DNA from: the human T2T-CHM13v2.0 reference genome, Homo sapiens
Assembly: GCF_009914755.1 (NCBI RefSeq)
Contig: NC_060925.1
Strand: one strand, 5' to 3'
DNA length: 64,000 nucleotides
In this document: one piece after another, positions 14,751 to 39,772 of the stretch
Numbering within the stretch: the first letter of the stretch is position 1
Layout: each line of letters begins with the position of its first letter
Translations under genes and position numbers: made by a program
Notes under the pieces: model-generated
Told to the model about the DNA's origin: nothing
What the model saw: only the letters and a program-made list of their open reading frames with translations
Database searches by the model: none

Positions 14751-14893
14751 TTCTACAGGGGACTAGCTCTTCAAATGTAAGCTAAAAGAAAGTAATTAGT
14801 TCCTGGCCGGGTTTGGGAGGCCGAGGCGGGCGGATCACGAGGTCAGGAAATCGAGACCATCCTGGCCAACACGGTGAAATCCCGCCTCTACTA

Positions 14894-15116
<223 letters not shown>

Positions 15117-15779
15117 TTATGCCCACACTGCCATGGGTGTAACATACACCTATCCCAAGTATGTTCAGCTTATGCTACAAAACCAATTTCTCAAAATTCT
15201 TATTTTTGAAAGAATTTGTAAGGCACAGAGGAAAAACCTGGGAATAATTGGTTTTGTAAAGCTTTCAAATACTCCACTGCCAAGAAGAAGACTGCAGAAA
15301 GAAATGTCATCCTTTAGGGGAGAAGAAACTTAAGAATCCCTGCTAAGAAAACTACTCCAGTTTGTGTGTATGTGTGTGCGTCCGAAAGGGGGGAAGGTGG
15401 CTGGCAAGGGATTTCTATTCTCAGGAAAGAACCAGTGTATCTTTATATGATCTGAGGCCCACAGGCCATCTGCTCCAGACTGAATTCAATTAAACTTAGG
15501 ATATCTGAAGTCAAATATCCTAATGGTGTTGATAGGGCTTAAGGAAGTTAAGATTGGATGGGGGAAACAGGGATGGGGCTGGGGGAGAGGGAGAGAAGAT
15601 GTACCCCAACGATGTAACCAAGCTCAGTTTCGGGGACTGGATCTCTGAGAGGTGTCCACAGTGGAGGACAAGGGGCTGACACGGACGCTAGTGTTCCCTG
15701 GGGCAGAGATACACAATTTTTATACGTGGCTCAAAAGAAAGGGTGGCTGTGACAGGCAAAAGACCCAAAGGGCAATACC

Positions 15780-16570
15780 AGAGCTGATGGGCCGGCCTTC
15801 GGGCGGACGTACCGCGGGCCGAAGGGTCCAGGGGTCTCTTGGGGGTCCCGGGGAGGTGGGCGTTGCCTCGAGGGGTGGGAGTCAAGGCCTCAGACGGTGC
15901 CCAGGTCGTGGGGCCGGCAATGTGGGGACCCCACGTCCCAGACGGGCGGCTTCCCCTGGCCCCCCCACGGGCAGGCTGGCCGTGGGTCTGGACATTACGC
16001 CGCCCTAGAGGGGTCGTGCCAGGCCCTAGACTCACCGCGCGGCTTCGGCCAAGGCCTCAGCTGCCGCCGCCAGCACCGGTACCGCCGCTTCAGGCCCCCT
16101 GCCCCACCGCCCGCCTTCCCCGCTGTCCTCTAAGCCGGGAGCGAGGGAAGGAGGGTTCCCAGCCCTGAGGACCAATCGACAGGTATAGGGAGAAGATGGA
16201 CTGAAAAACAGGCCAATAGTAATGAAGAAGAGAAGCTTCAGGACCCGGCTTCTCCAGGGGGCGGGGACTGTTCAAATAGACAAACCACGCGGCCAGTGGC
16301 AGGTGAAAACAGGCTTGGGTCCACTCGGGAGAACCAATCGGTCGTGAGTTCACCTCAGTCACTTCCACTCACACATCCGGTACGGCGCTGCTAGGATTCC
16401 CTTCTGCATCCGGGCTGTGAACTCAAGGAGTCCGGTGTCTGGGTATCTCCGGATCGCAGCGAGAGCGGCTAGCAGAGGTTCGCGACCCCTCCCGGTGTAA
16501 TTCTGAGAGGAGAATGTGAGCGATGCCGGTGCCCAGGAATTACTGCATCAAAAGACGTTTCGGGCTAGCG
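15780..16570 (-). promoter_or_regulatory. MTOR: MTOR CpG-island promoter with no obvious TATA box
   Basis: CpG-dense stretch around exon 1. Three CCAAT boxes (16172, 16213, 16334 on +), a GC box GGGGCGGGG at about 16258-16266 and an ETS-like CATCCGG at about 16374. Confidence 0.85.
16036..16142 (-). other. MTOR: MTOR exon 1 (non-coding 5'UTR); TSS approximate
   Basis: The minus strand reads GCTCCCGGCTTAGAGGACAGC...GCCGAAGCCGCGCG then gtgag (ctcac at 16031-16035). This matches the MTOR mRNA leader as I recall it, and it lies in a CpG island. Confidence 0.9.
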
Positions 16571-17075
16571 CTCTTTATGGATCCTGTGATATCTCTTTTG
16601 TTACAATTAATAAGCATTTGAAAATGTTTTTAATTAGATTCTCTAACTTTCCCAAAATTATCCAACTCAGGATCACTCCAGAGAAACCATAGCCAAGTTT
16701 TAACCAAAAGAGCTAGTCATAAATAAAAATTTTCAAAGCAACATTATTTTTTAAAAATCCTTTCAAAAAATCAATAGCTGGCCCGGCGCGGTGGCTCACG
16801 CCCATAATTCCAGCACTTTGGGAGACCGAGGCAGGCGGATCACCGTAGGTCAGGAGTCGAGACCAGCCTGGTCAACATGGTGAAATTCCCCCACCCGCAC
16901 CCCCCGTCTCTACTGAAAATACAAAAATTAGCTGGGCATGGTGGCTCACGCCTGTAATCCCAGATACTCGGGAGGCTGAGGCACGAGTATCGCCTGAACC
17001 CGGGAGGTGAAGGTTGCATGCACCGAGATCGTGCCACTGCACTCTAGCCTGGGCAACAGAGCAAGCTCCGTCTCA

Positions 17076-17083
<8 letters not shown>

Positions 17084-17128
<45 letters not shown>
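17084..17128 (+). repeat. (CA)n microsatellite in place of an Alu A-tail
   Basis: Direct reading: about 20 CA units after ...ccgtctcaatacata. Confidence 0.95.
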
Positions 17129-17129
<1 letters not shown>

Positions 17130-18810
17130 CCAAAGAAAATAAATAACTGCTGGTCACGGTGGCCCACGCACTTTGGGAGGCCAAAGCAGGAGGATCGCTT
17201 GAGGCCAGGAGTTCCAGACCAGCCTGGGCAACATAGCGAGACGATGTCTCTACAGATTAAAAAAAAAAAAATCAACAGCAAAAGTGGATTTGACTACATT
17301 TTTTTTTAATCACAGTGCTATTTGTCATAGTAAACACTGAAAATTCCTAAATATTTCAAAGTAGGAGTCCAATAAAATATGATGCATTCGTTTGGGCGCG
17401 GTGGCTCACACCTGTAATCCCAGCACTTTGGGAGGCCGAGGCGGGCGGATCATGAGGTCAGGAGTTTGAGACCAGCTTGACCAACATAGTGAAACCCCGT
17501 CTTTACTAAAAATACAAAAAAAAAAAAAAAAAGGTAGGCGTGGTGGCAGGTGCCTGTAATGCCAGCTACTCAGGAGGCTGAGATAGGAAAATCCCTTGAA
17601 GCCAGCAGGCGGAGGTTGCAGTGAGCCGAGATCGCGCCACTGCGCTCCAGCTGGGGTGACAGTGCGAGACTCCATCTCAAAAAAAAAAAAAAAAAAAAAA
17701 AAGATGCATTCATAATAAGAAAAATACATAGCCATTAATAATTATAATTTAGAGCCTAGCATGGTGGCTCATCCCTGGAATCCCAGCACTTTGGGAGGCC
17801 GAGGCAGGATTGCTTGAGGCCAGGAGTTCCAGACCAGCCTGAGCAACATAGTGAGACCCTTGTCTCTACAAAAGAAATTTAAAAATTAGCTGTGTGTGGT
17901 AGCACATGCCTGTAGTCCCAGCTACTTGGAAGGCTGAGGCACGAGAATCACTTGAGTCTATGACTTCAAGGTTGCAGTCATCTGTGATCTCCACTGCACT
18001 GCAGCCTGGGCAGCAGAGAAAGATCCTGTCTCAAATAATAATAATAACAATAAATAGTGGTAATTAGATGAATATTTGCTAAGAAGGAAAAGGTTCACAA
18101 CTAGTTTAAAAATTACAAGTTGTGCAACAATGTAAGTATAATACAACCATTTACAAAAATATTTATGCATTTCTTATATGTCTCTGTTTACATGGGGGAA
18201 ATGTGCACAACTAAGATGTAATTTGGGAAAGACACACTTTTTTTCTTTATACATTATCAATTACTTATGTAATAAAAACAAGTGAAGGTAGAAGAAATGA
18301 GTTTTCAGAAGGTCTAAACTGCCAAATTAAAGATAGTTGGGCTGGGTGCGGTGGCTCACACCTGTAATCCCAGCACTTTGGGAGGCCAAAGCAGGAAGAT
18401 TGCATGAGCCCAGGCATTTGAGACCAGCCTGGGCAACATAGTGAGACTCCATCTCAAATAAATAAATAAATAAACAAATAAAGATGTCAATATTCCGTGG
18501 CTAACAAAATGCTTTGTTTGGCAGGGTTTTTGTTGTTGTTGTTGTTATTGTTAATATCTATGATATTGGCCAGGCACAGTGACCCAACACTTTGGGAGGC
18601 TGAGGCAGGTGGATTGTTTGAGCCCACCTGGGCAACATGGTGAAACCTCATCTCTACAAAAAATGCAAAAAATTAGTTGGTGTGGTGGCATGCACCTGTG
18701 GTCCCAGCTACTTAAGAGGTTGAGGTGGGAGGATCACTTGAGCCCAGGAGGTCAAGGCTGCAGTGAGCTGTGATCTCACCACTGCACCACTGCATTCCAT
18801 CCTGAGTTGA

Positions 18811-19221
<411 letters not shown>

Positions 19222-19224
19222 TGA

Positions 19225-19428
<204 letters not shown>

Positions 19429-19989
19429 TAATATGCAATATAGTCGCTATTCAAATCTCAAAATAAACAAGTTACATTTATCATGAAAAGTCTTGCTCCA
19501 CCCTTGCCCCTTGACTATGTATTTTCTCAGTTTCTTATGCATCCCTAGATTTTCTGTCTGCAAAAACAAGCAAATATATACGTATGTATATTCCTTTTTT
19601 TTTTTTTTTTTTTTTTTGAGACAGAGTCTCACTCTGTCGCCCAGGCTGGAGTGCAGTGGCATGATCTTGGCTCACTGCAACCTCTGCCTCCCAGGTTAAA
19701 GTGATTCTCCTGCCTCAGCTTCCCCAATAGCTGGGATTACATGTCTGTGCCATCATGCGTGGCTAATTTTTTTATTTTTAGTAGAGACAAGGTTTCACCA
19801 CATTGGCCAAGCTGGTCTCAAACTCCTGACCTCAGTTGATCCACTTGCCTCAGCCTCCCAAAATGCTAGGATTACAGGCACGAGCCACCATGCCCAGCCC
19901 ATACATATATTTTTATTTTCCCCTTTTGTTATACTATACGCACTATTTTGCATTTTTAAAATTTTACTGCATCTTGTAGATCTTTCTCT

Positions 19990-22305
<2,316 letters not shown>

Positions 22306-22655
22306 TAGTTCATTTTCCAGTCCTCTGTGAATGGACATTTGTGTTATGTCCAAATTTGTGCTATTACAAATGCTGCAGTGAATGCCTTTGTACGTATATC
22401 ATTTTCTTCCCTGACAGCTATATCAAGATAAATTCCCAGAAATGGGATTACAGGGTTAGACAGTTTTGTTGAATCTTGTCAAGTTGATCTCTATAAGGGA
22501 GGTACCAATTTTTATTCCCATCAGCCATATAGGAGATTTTTGCCACCCTGAGATATGATACAGCCCTGTTTTCTAATTAATAATCAAAGATGATTTTATA
22601 GCAACAGTAATAAGTGCGTTTGTCGGTTTCTTTTCTGTTTACAAAGAACTTTCTT

Positions 22656-22905
22656 TTTTATTGTATTTTTGCAAGTCTTTTTATTTTATTATTATACTTC
22701 AAGTTCTAGGGTACATGTGCACAACGTGCAGATTTGTTACATAGGTATACATGTGCCGTGTTGGTTTGCTGCACCCATCAACTTGTCATTTACATTAGGT
22801 ATTTCTCCTAACGCTATCCCTCCCCCAGCCCCCCAACCCCCAACAGGCCCCGGTGTGTGATGTTCCCCTCCCCGTGTCCATGTGTTCTCATTGTTCAACT
22901 CCCAC
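22656..22905 (-). mobile_element. L1PA 3'-end fragment (heavily 5'-truncated)
   Basis: Typical L1PA 3'UTR (ttattatacttcaagttctagggtacatgtgcacaacgtgcag...) with 16-bp TSD tacaaagaactttctt at 22640-22655 and 22906-22921. Confidence 0.9.
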
Positions 22906-23339
22906 TACAAAGAACTTTCTTATGCATTACACTAAAATAATAGCTAATATTTATTGAGCACTTACAGTGTATCAGGGATTTTGGTGGACATTATAGAGTA
23001 CTTGTTAAAAGCAGCTTGGAGTCAAGTCAAACTAACTGAATCTGAAATTTGGCTGCAACACTTTGTACCTATTTCCTTATGTGTAAAACTGGAAGGATTA
23101 TAGTCCCTTCGTTGGTAGGCAGTATTGTGGGGGTTAAACGCTAATACCACACGTAAAGTACCTAAAAGAGGTACTTGGCCCAGCATGGTGGCTCACACCT
23201 GTAATCCCAGCACTTTGGGAGGCCAAGGCAGGTGGATCACCTGAGGTCAGGAGTTCGAGATCAGCTTGGTAAAACCCTATCTCTACTAAAAATATAAAAA
23301 TTAGCTGAGCATGGTGGCAGACGCCTGTAATCCCAGTTA

Positions 23340-23546
<207 letters not shown>

Positions 23547-23846
23547 TTATATATAAGTAAGCCAAAGAACAGAGATATTGGGACATGGAATTGGTAAGTG
23601 ATAGAGCCAGGATTTTAATCTATCTGCTGATATATTGTCTGATTTGACATTGTATGACTCATGGGTTTGGCCAGCATAGAAAGCTCTGTGTTGAGTGGTG
23701 AAGTTGTAATGTTCAACAACCAGATTGGGGGTAAGTGGAAGCAGACATGTACAGAGCTAGCTTCACAGCTGTGTCATGCTCTGTTTTGCAATTGTTAATG
23801 ATTTTGAACAAGAGGCCCCACTTATTTTTTTTATTTTTTAAATTAA

Positions 23847-23972
<126 letters not shown>

Positions 23973-24187
23973 TAGCTGGGATTACAGGCATGCGCCACCA
24001 CTCCCGGATGATTTTGTATTTTTAGTAGAGACGGGGTTTCTCCATGTTGGTCAGGCTGGTCTTGAACTCCCAACCTCAGGTCATCTGACCACCTTGGCCT
24101 CCCAAAGTGCTGGAATTACAGGCGTGAGCCACCGTGCCTGGCCTGGCCCCACTTATTTATTGATTTTATTTTATTTTTTTGAGATAG

Positions 24188-24575
<388 letters not shown>

Positions 24576-25500
24576 TGACCCCATGATCTGCCCGCCTCGG
24601 CCTTCCAAAGTGCTGGGATTACAGGCGTGGGCCACTGCACCTGGCCCACACCTGGCTAATTCTTCGATTTTTACCGTGTGGTCCAGGCTGGTCTTCTCCT
24701 GGGCTCAAGCGATCCACCTGCCTTGTCCTCCCAAAGTGTTGGGATTACAGGTGTGAGCCACCACATCTGGTCTTTTTAATTTTTTAGAGCGGAGATCTCA
24801 CTTTGTTGCCCAGGCTGGTCTCTAACCTGAGCTCAAGAGATCCTCCCGCCGGGTGCGGTGGCTCACACCTGTAATCCCAGTACTTTGGGAGGCTGAGGCA
24901 GGCGGATCACGAGGTCAGGAGATAGAGACCATCCTGGCTGACACGGTAAAACCTTGTCTCTACTAAAAATACAAAATAATTAGCCGGGCGTGGTGGCGGG
25001 CGCCTGTAGTCACAGCTACTCGGGAGGCTGAGGCAGGAGAATGGTGTGAACCCTGGAGGCGGAGCTTGCAGTGAGCCGAGATTGTGTCACTGCACCCCAG
25101 CCTGGGCAACAGAGCAAGACTCCGTCTCAAAAAAACCTCCTGAGTAGCTGGGACTACAGGCACACATTATCACCCCCAGCTCCACCTCTTTAGTTTGCAC
25201 TGGGTACCACAAATTATGTAGTCAGTCCTGTGTGCATCTATGTTGCATGTGTATTATAATTTCACTGATGTAAATGATGTGTAGCATACAGTTTACAAAT
25301 ACTAAAATATACAGTACAGGACTCTATTGTAAACTCCATATAGCCAGTTCTCACAGTATGCTTTCTTTGATGTTGTGTAGCTTCCCTATGGTCCCAATTG
25401 ATCAATGAGCATAGTTCAGACATGAATGTTGGTTGATATTTTATGTTAGGAGTAAGAGGAAAGTGAAACAATCAAAAGAGATATGTCAGAACTTCACTAG

Positions 25501-26080
<580 letters not shown>

Positions 26081-26449
26081 TAAGTTTAACCAGTAATATG
26101 AACATTTTCTCCGCCACTTTCTTAAGTCTAGACGACTTAGCAGTTATTAAGCATTTGCTGATTTGCGTGGTGTAAATTCTCCCACCATGGGCAGATTTCA
26201 AGCTGCTGAAGGATGTCACTGAATGAAAAGCTGATAAGAGGTGAGCAGTAGCACATCATAGAGTATTTCCACGGTGCAGATATGATAGACGTCAGAATGT
26301 ATGCACACAGCAGGCGCTCAATAAATGCTTGTAGCATGAATAAATTAATGAATCCTACTTCGTGAATGAAAGTGCGCCCGGTAAGTCCTAAAGCAACACG
26401 CCTTCGAGTTCTTATGATGCTAAGAGAGGCTGATTGCAGTTAGTCTGGA

Positions 26450-27751
<1,302 letters not shown>

Positions 27752-27855
27752 TAATTTAAGCCGCTTTAATTGAAGTCTATAATTGTGGGTGATGTGAATT
27801 TTTTGAAACAGTGATTTGAGAAGATCCTGGTTTGACTTACGGACGTAGGGCATGA

Positions 27856-28437
<582 letters not shown>

Positions 28438-29920
28438 TGACCTGCCTGTCTTGCCCTCCCAAAGTGCTGGGATTACAGGCGTGAGCCACCATGCCCGGCC
28501 TATATGGACATTTTTTCTGTCTCATTTTTTTTTTTAATCACTCATACTTTATAATGCCACAGTTTCAAATATTAGAATTAAATCTGAAGAGTTCAAAATG
28601 ATATAGATAATTACTTCTAGCTAGTTTGCTAGGTGACTTCTTGCAAGAGGCTGATTAAGGTAGTGATGGGCAGGTGGGTAAGCCCTATTTATTGAGCACC
28701 TATTATGTGCCAGGCACTGTTCTGTGTGAACACAGCAGTCACAGATCCCTGCCCTTGTGAAACTTACGTATTATCATGAAAAGAGACAGAAAGTAAAAAT
28801 AGAAAATTATAGTTAGGGTGACCAATATCCTGGTTTGCTCAGGACTAAGGTGACAGGACTAAGTCGGATGTGCGACTTCTGGAGCTAAAACCAGAAAAGT
28901 TCCTGGTAAGTCAGGTTGAATTGATCACCCTGATTATAGTATATGAAAGATGATAAGTGCTATGGGAAAAAAAAGTAGAGCAAAGAATGGGACACAGATT
29001 ACTATTTTAAGTAGTTTGATCAGGGTAGGCTTCATCAAAAAGGTAACATTTGGCTGAGTGCAGTGGCTCATGTCTGTAATCCCAGCCCTTTGGGAGGCTG
29101 AAGCGAGAGGATCGCTTGAGGCCAGGAGTTAAACACCAGCCTGGGCAACATAGACCCCTGTCTGTATAAAATATAAAATAAAAAATATTAGCTGGGCATG
29201 GTGGTGCTTGCCTGTGGTCCCAGCTACTTTGGAGGCTGAGGCGGGAGAATTGCTTGAGCCCAGGGGTCAAGGCTGCAGTGAGTCCTGATCACACCACTGC
29301 ACTCCAGCCTGGGCGACAGAGTGAGACCATGCCTCAGAAAGGTAGTATTTGAGTTGAGTTACATTGAAGGAGGTAAGAGGTGAGGGAGTTGGCCAAGCAG
29401 ATATCTGAGAGAGGAGCATTTCAGGAAAAGCAACAGCAAGTGCCATAGGCCTTCAGGCAGGAATGTGTCCAAAGAGCTTACAGAGCAGCAAGAAGTCCAG
29501 TGTGTGAATGAAGGAGAGAGTAAAGAGAGGTAAAGTAAGAGAAGTACGTTTGGGGAGGGTAAGGAGGCACACACACGGATTATATAGACCTTGTAGGCCA
29601 CTGGTCTTGGCTCTGGAATGGAGGAGCCACTGCAGGACTTTGAGCAAGGGAGTGATGTAATATAATGTTTTAAAAGAATTGCTCTGGGTAAGGTATTGAG
29701 AATGGATCAAGGGGAGTGGGGCAAGGGTAGAGGCAGGAAGACCAAGTAGGAAGCTCTTGAATAATCCAGGCAAGCGATGTTTGGTGGCTTGTATCTAGCG
29801 GGTGGTAGTGGAAGAGGTAAGTAGCCAGATTCTAAATATGCTTTGAAGGTAGACAGGGTTTGCTGATGGATTGGATGTGAGGTAAAGAGAAACAGAGGAA
29901 TTAAGCATAACTCAAAGGTT

Positions 29921-32881
<2,961 letters not shown>

Positions 32882-33082
32882 TAAGCATAACTCAAAGGTT
32901 TTGACCTGAGTACTGGAAGATACCATCTGGAGTGATGTCATCATGTGAGAAGGGCAAGGCTGGGGATAGAACAAGTTTTGGGGGAAAAGCAAGCAATTGA
33001 CTTCGTGGTTTTTTGTTTTGTTTTTTGTTTGTTTTGAGACAGAGTCTCACTCCGTCTCCCAGGCTGGAGTGCAGTGGCATGA

Positions 33083-33388
<306 letters not shown>

Positions 33389-36300
33389 TAGAGATTACAT
33401 ATCTGGGAGTCATTGGTCTATAGATAAAGTTGTAGGACTGGGTGAGGTCATCAAGGGGGAGGGAGTGTTGGTAGAAAAGTCAGTCCTGGTCTGAGCCCTG
33501 GGACACTCCCACATTAGAGGTGGGGGAAGAAAAGGCACAGGTAAAGGGGATGTGAGCAAGCATCCAGAGGAGTAAGAGGAAAATCAAAAGGCTGTGGTGG
33601 CCTGGCAGCTAATTATAAAAAGTTCAGTGAAGGAAATCAATGAGGTGGTGTAATAGAAAGTACAAGGTGGTGGTGAAGGGAAGAGGCTGTCTTTGTGAAA
33701 GTGACGTTCAAACTAGGACTTGAAGACGGAAGGATAAGGAGCTGGCCACGGGGTGGAATTGGAGTCTGATTGTGATGCTGAGTCCTCCAGGGCTGAAGGA
33801 CCACTAAGTGCAAATGTGGTGGGTGAGAGAGAGTGTGACATTGGCTAGGATCTACTGAAAGGTCTGTGTGAGCCAGAGGGGGCATGAGACACAGTTGGTG
33901 AGTTAGGCAGGGTCTCTGTCATGGCGATCTTAACCAGTCCTACTCCCCAACCTCCAGGGCTCAGTCCTTGGGCCTCTTTTCTCTATCTCCATGTACTCCC
34001 TTGGTGATGTAGCTCATGGCTTCAGATGCCATCTGTTAAGCTAGTGACTCTTAAACTCCAGACTCATATCCAACTTCTTGCTCAGCAACTTCTCCTAGAA
34101 CTGTCTCATAAACATCTCAAGCTTAACATGTCTGAGACCAAATTCTGATCTTCTCCCCAAGGAAACCTGCTTCGCCCACAGCTTTTTCCCCATTTTGCTC
34201 AATGGCAGCTTCATCCTAGTTCTTCAGGCCAAAAGCTGTGGGCATCGTCCTTGACTCCCACGTCTCACATCCAGTTCATCAGCAAATTCTGTTGACTCTC
34301 CTTTCAAAATGCATGTAGGATCTGACCACTTCTTACCGTGTCCAGCCACCACTGTGATCATCTGTCCCTGGATTTTTGCGGCAGGCTCCCAACTGGTCTC
34401 TTTACCTCTGTTCTGGTCCCATTCAGGCTGTTCCCACTCAGCCACCAGAGTAATTCTGTTAAAATATAGGGCAGCCCTGTCAGTCCTGCTTAGAACTCTT
34501 CAGTGGCTCCCATCTTGCTCAGAGTAAAGGCCAGGGTCTTTACAGTGACTCCCTAGGGCCCTACATTCTTTGCCCACCTTTTGCCCTCCCCCCAGTTCTC
34601 TGACCCACCCTCCTCCTTTCTTCCTGCTCATCCTGGGCCAGCCACACTGCCCTTTCTAGTCCAGGAGCATGCACAACCCCTCCTGCCCCTCCCTCAGGTC
34701 CTTTGTAGATGCAGCTTCCTCTGTTTGAAATGCTTTTCCTGCTTCTAACCATGTGGTTCACTTTCTCACTTCCTTCACCTATTTGCCCAAATGTCAGCTG
34801 CTCAGTGAGGCCTTGCTTTCTACCTTGCTTAAAATTACACACCCACTCCGTGCCCCCACCTGATACTTCCCCTGCTGCTCTTCTCTGCATTAGTTTTCCT
34901 CATAGCACATGTTACCTTCTAATGTGCCATATAAAGTACTTAATTGGTTAATTATCTTCCCCCTTCGACTGCGAGCTCCCTCCCTGCAGTCAGGGATTTC
35001 TGTCTCTGGTATTAGCTGAACCCCTAGCACCCAGAGCACTGCCTGGCATGTAATATTACTTAGTAAATATCCAGTGAACAAATGGGAAGGCATTGAAATA
35101 TACTGAGCAGAGTAGTGACATAATCTGGTTTAAGATTTTTTAAACATTGTCTTTTATTGACATATAATTGACACACAGTGAAATGCACAGGTTTTTAGTG
35201 TTGCAGCTTGATGAATTTTGATAAATGTATACAGTTGCATAACCCACACCCCGTCATCATCCAGAACACTTCCATCACCCCCAAAAGCTTCCCAGTGCTT
35301 CTTGCCTGTCAATCCCACACTCCCTGCCCCCATCCAGAGACAGGAAAAGAACCACTGTTCTGATTCCTCTCACAGAGATTAGTTTTGCCTGTCATATAAA
35401 TGGAACCTTTCACTATGAACTATGTATGTATGTATGTATGTGTATTTATTTCAGTCTGAGCTCTCGTCTGGCTTCTTTTGCTCAGCGTGATGTTTTTGAG
35501 ATTCATTGTTTTATTGCGTGTATCAGTAGTTCCTTTTTTTGCTGACTAGCATTCCATTGTAACATACCACAACTTCTTTTTATCCATTCTCCTTTTCAGG
35601 GACATTTGGATTGCTTCCATATTTTGGCTATTACGTCTGAACATTCATGTTCAAGTCTTTTTGTGGATATTTGTTTTCATTTTTCTTGGGTAAATGCCCA
35701 GGAGTAGAATTGCTGGGTCACAGGGCAGATGATGTTTAATTTTATGAGAAACTGCCAAACTGTTTTCTGAAGTGGTTGTACTTCTTTACACTCCCCCCAG
35801 CAAGTGTTCCAGTTGCTCTGCGTCTTGCCAACTTTTTGACTTAAGTCTTAACAGATTCATTCTGGCTGCCGTGTGGAGAACCGGCCCAGTATTTCACTGT
35901 GTAAGCTCATTCAGAAAATGGGGTTGGGAGAGGAGGAATGCCTAAAAGGAAATTCCCAGATGGGCCACGTCTCTGAATCAGGTAGAGCACATGAAGCCTT
36001 GGGCCATGTATCAAATGCTAGGAAACAGCTTTCTCCCCAAGGGCTCTACTGTTTTCTTGTGTCAGATAACCAGATCTTTTTCCTCCCCAGAGTGGGTTGC
36101 TCTTGGTTTTGGGGTGGGGACAGAGATCTCTGCTCAACCTTGCTTACATCACTTTTTTTTTTTTTTTTTTTCAAAAGACAGAGTTTAGCTCTTGTTGACC
36201 AGGCTGGAGTACAATGGTGCGACCTCTGCTCACTGCAACCTCTGCCTCCTGGTTCAAGCGATTCTCCTGCCTCAGCCTCCCGAGTAGCTGGGATTACAGG

Positions 36301-36390
36301 CGTGCACCACCATGCCCGGCTAATTTTTTTTTGTATTTTTAGTAGAGATGGGGTTTCTCCGTGTTGGTCAGGCTGGTCTTGACTTCCTGA

Positions 36391-36692
<302 letters not shown>

Positions 36693-38017
36693 TGATCCAC
36701 CTGCTTCAGCCTCCCAAAGTGCTGGGATTACAGGCGTGAGCCACCATACCTGGCCGCTTACATTGCTTTTTGCCGAGTGATCTAAGGAGGTGTTCTTGGA
36801 GACTCCAGCCAAAGGTCAAGGCTGTAGTGCTGTTGCATTTTCTTTCACAGCCAGACCAGTGGCGTCACTTGGGGAGCTGAGAAAACAAGCACAGCAAGAG
36901 TGGGCAGCTGTAGAGGAACTGGCTAGGTCTGTGCTGGGAGTATTCCTGCCCAGCATCATCTTTGCGTGGGTGTAGTCCCTTAAATGTGTGAGATATTGGA
37001 AGAGACGTCAATTTACTAATTCTGAACTGGAGCTCGTGCTCTGCTTGAGGGAACTTCCTCCTGGAGGGCATGTCCTCATACAACCAAATTATTTATGAAA
37101 ACATGGCTTGGTATAAAAATTATCCAAATAGAAGGAAAAAAAATATGGCTTGAGGGTGCAGAATTAGCTTGCTGAATGTTGAAGAGTGTCAGTGGCCATG
37201 CCTTAATGCCCTTCCCTGGAGATACTTTGTTCTGAAGAACTAAGGGTGTGTATTTAGCACCAAGGGACCCCAGCTGCTGATGTGAAGGTGAACTTGGACT
37301 GGATCTTGTTCCTTAGCTCCTGTCATTTTATTTCATTTTGATTCCTGTGGCTAGTGGGAACTTCTGTCATTTTAGACTGGTTAAAATGCCTAACCAGAGC
37401 TTTATTTTCTGATCTTGAGTCCACATCTTGTAGCTTGGTTAGAACTGGAGTTTGCTAAGCTTCTGTAGCAATAATTGCATGGGTCACCTCCCTCAGTGGG
37501 CAGCTCCACTCATTCCATACTGCTTTACCTGTTTCAGTCTGAGTGGGAGATCTTTCCTGACCTTGATCCCAAATTCCAGGTGCTTGTTACTGTAGCTCTG
37601 TCTTCAGTTCAGCCCTTGTGCCAAGTATTGGGGAGTGAGCTGTGACCAAGCCAGACACATGTCCTGCCCTCATGGAACTTACAGTTTAGTGAGAAAGGTG
37701 GAGATTAATTAGAAGCATGATGAAGTTTATGAACATGGCAGGCATATTGCCATGGGAGCATATTGCAAGGGGATCAAATGTGGCTTAGGGGTGAGAGGAG
37801 GTGGTCCTGGGGAATGGTCTTTAAAGTCTTAAAGGGTGAGTAGAGTTAGCCAGGCCAAGGGAGGGGTGTCTGAAGGCTCTGACGGATTGGAAGAAGTCTG
37901 TGTGAAGAGGGGAGGAGAGCTCAAGGTGAGGCAGGAGAGGTAGGGCTGGGCCACAGGTGAGCCAGGTTAAAGATCTGGGACTTTTATCCCCAGGATGAGT
38001 GGTTGATAAGGGTTTAA

Positions 38018-38221
<204 letters not shown>

Positions 38222-39029
38222 TAATTTTTGTATTTTTAGTAGAGATGGGGTTTCACCCTGTTGGCCAGGCTGATCTGGAAGTCCTGACCTCAGGTAATCT
38301 GCCCGCCTTGGCCTCCCAGAGTGCTGGGATTACAGGTGTGAGCCACTGTGCCCACCCAGCCAGATTCCTATTTTTAAAGGTTCACTCTAACGCCTTTTTA
38401 GAGATTAGATTAGGGATGGAGAGGGGGAGGGGTTATGAGAGGGGAAGCTGATAGACCAGTTTGGAGGATGTTGCAGTATCCCAGGCATAAGATGACCATG
38501 AGGTAGATTTGGTAAGGGGGATGGAGGGTGGCCCCGGGGATGGAGAGAATGGATAGTTTTGAAGGAAGTGGGTTAGACAGGCTTTGAAGTAGATGAGCAG
38601 GACAGAAACAGGAGGTAGGGGTGGTTTAGTTTCAATCTCATAGGAGACAGAGGAGGAAAGCAGCATTATAACTCTCCTGTCCTCGCTGTTTTGCTTATCG
38701 CAGGGGTGCAGGTTTAAGGACCCCGAAATTTCACTGAAATTCACTGGCCGTTTTTAAAACCAGAAGATGCCTTGAGATTGTAGGGGAAGGAGGTGGAAAA
38801 GTAGAAGGCCAGAGTGGCTATTCTGTGAGGGATTGATCTCACGGGGTCTTGCAGGGGTTGGTGAAGGGTGAAAGATAGCAAAGAACTGGATTCTAAGACC
38901 TTTAGATCCTTCCTGGGCTCTCCCATTGAACTAAGAGTATAGTGGGTGCCTAGTGTGCTATGTTGCAGAGCTCTGTTGGGGGACAGTAGGAAGGGAAACT
39001 TGGGTATGAACCTGGGAAGAGGGACTTGA

Positions 39030-39725
<696 letters not shown>

Positions 39726-39772
39726 GGGGACAAGTAGCTCCCCCCACGACATGTCTCCCTTTCTTAGAATAT

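Noticed and set aside
16478-16488. GGTTCGCGACC resembling a Pol III B-box / tRNA T-loop near the MTOR promoter
   Set aside because: Lacks the invariant A of GTTCRA, and I see no A-box or cloverleaf.
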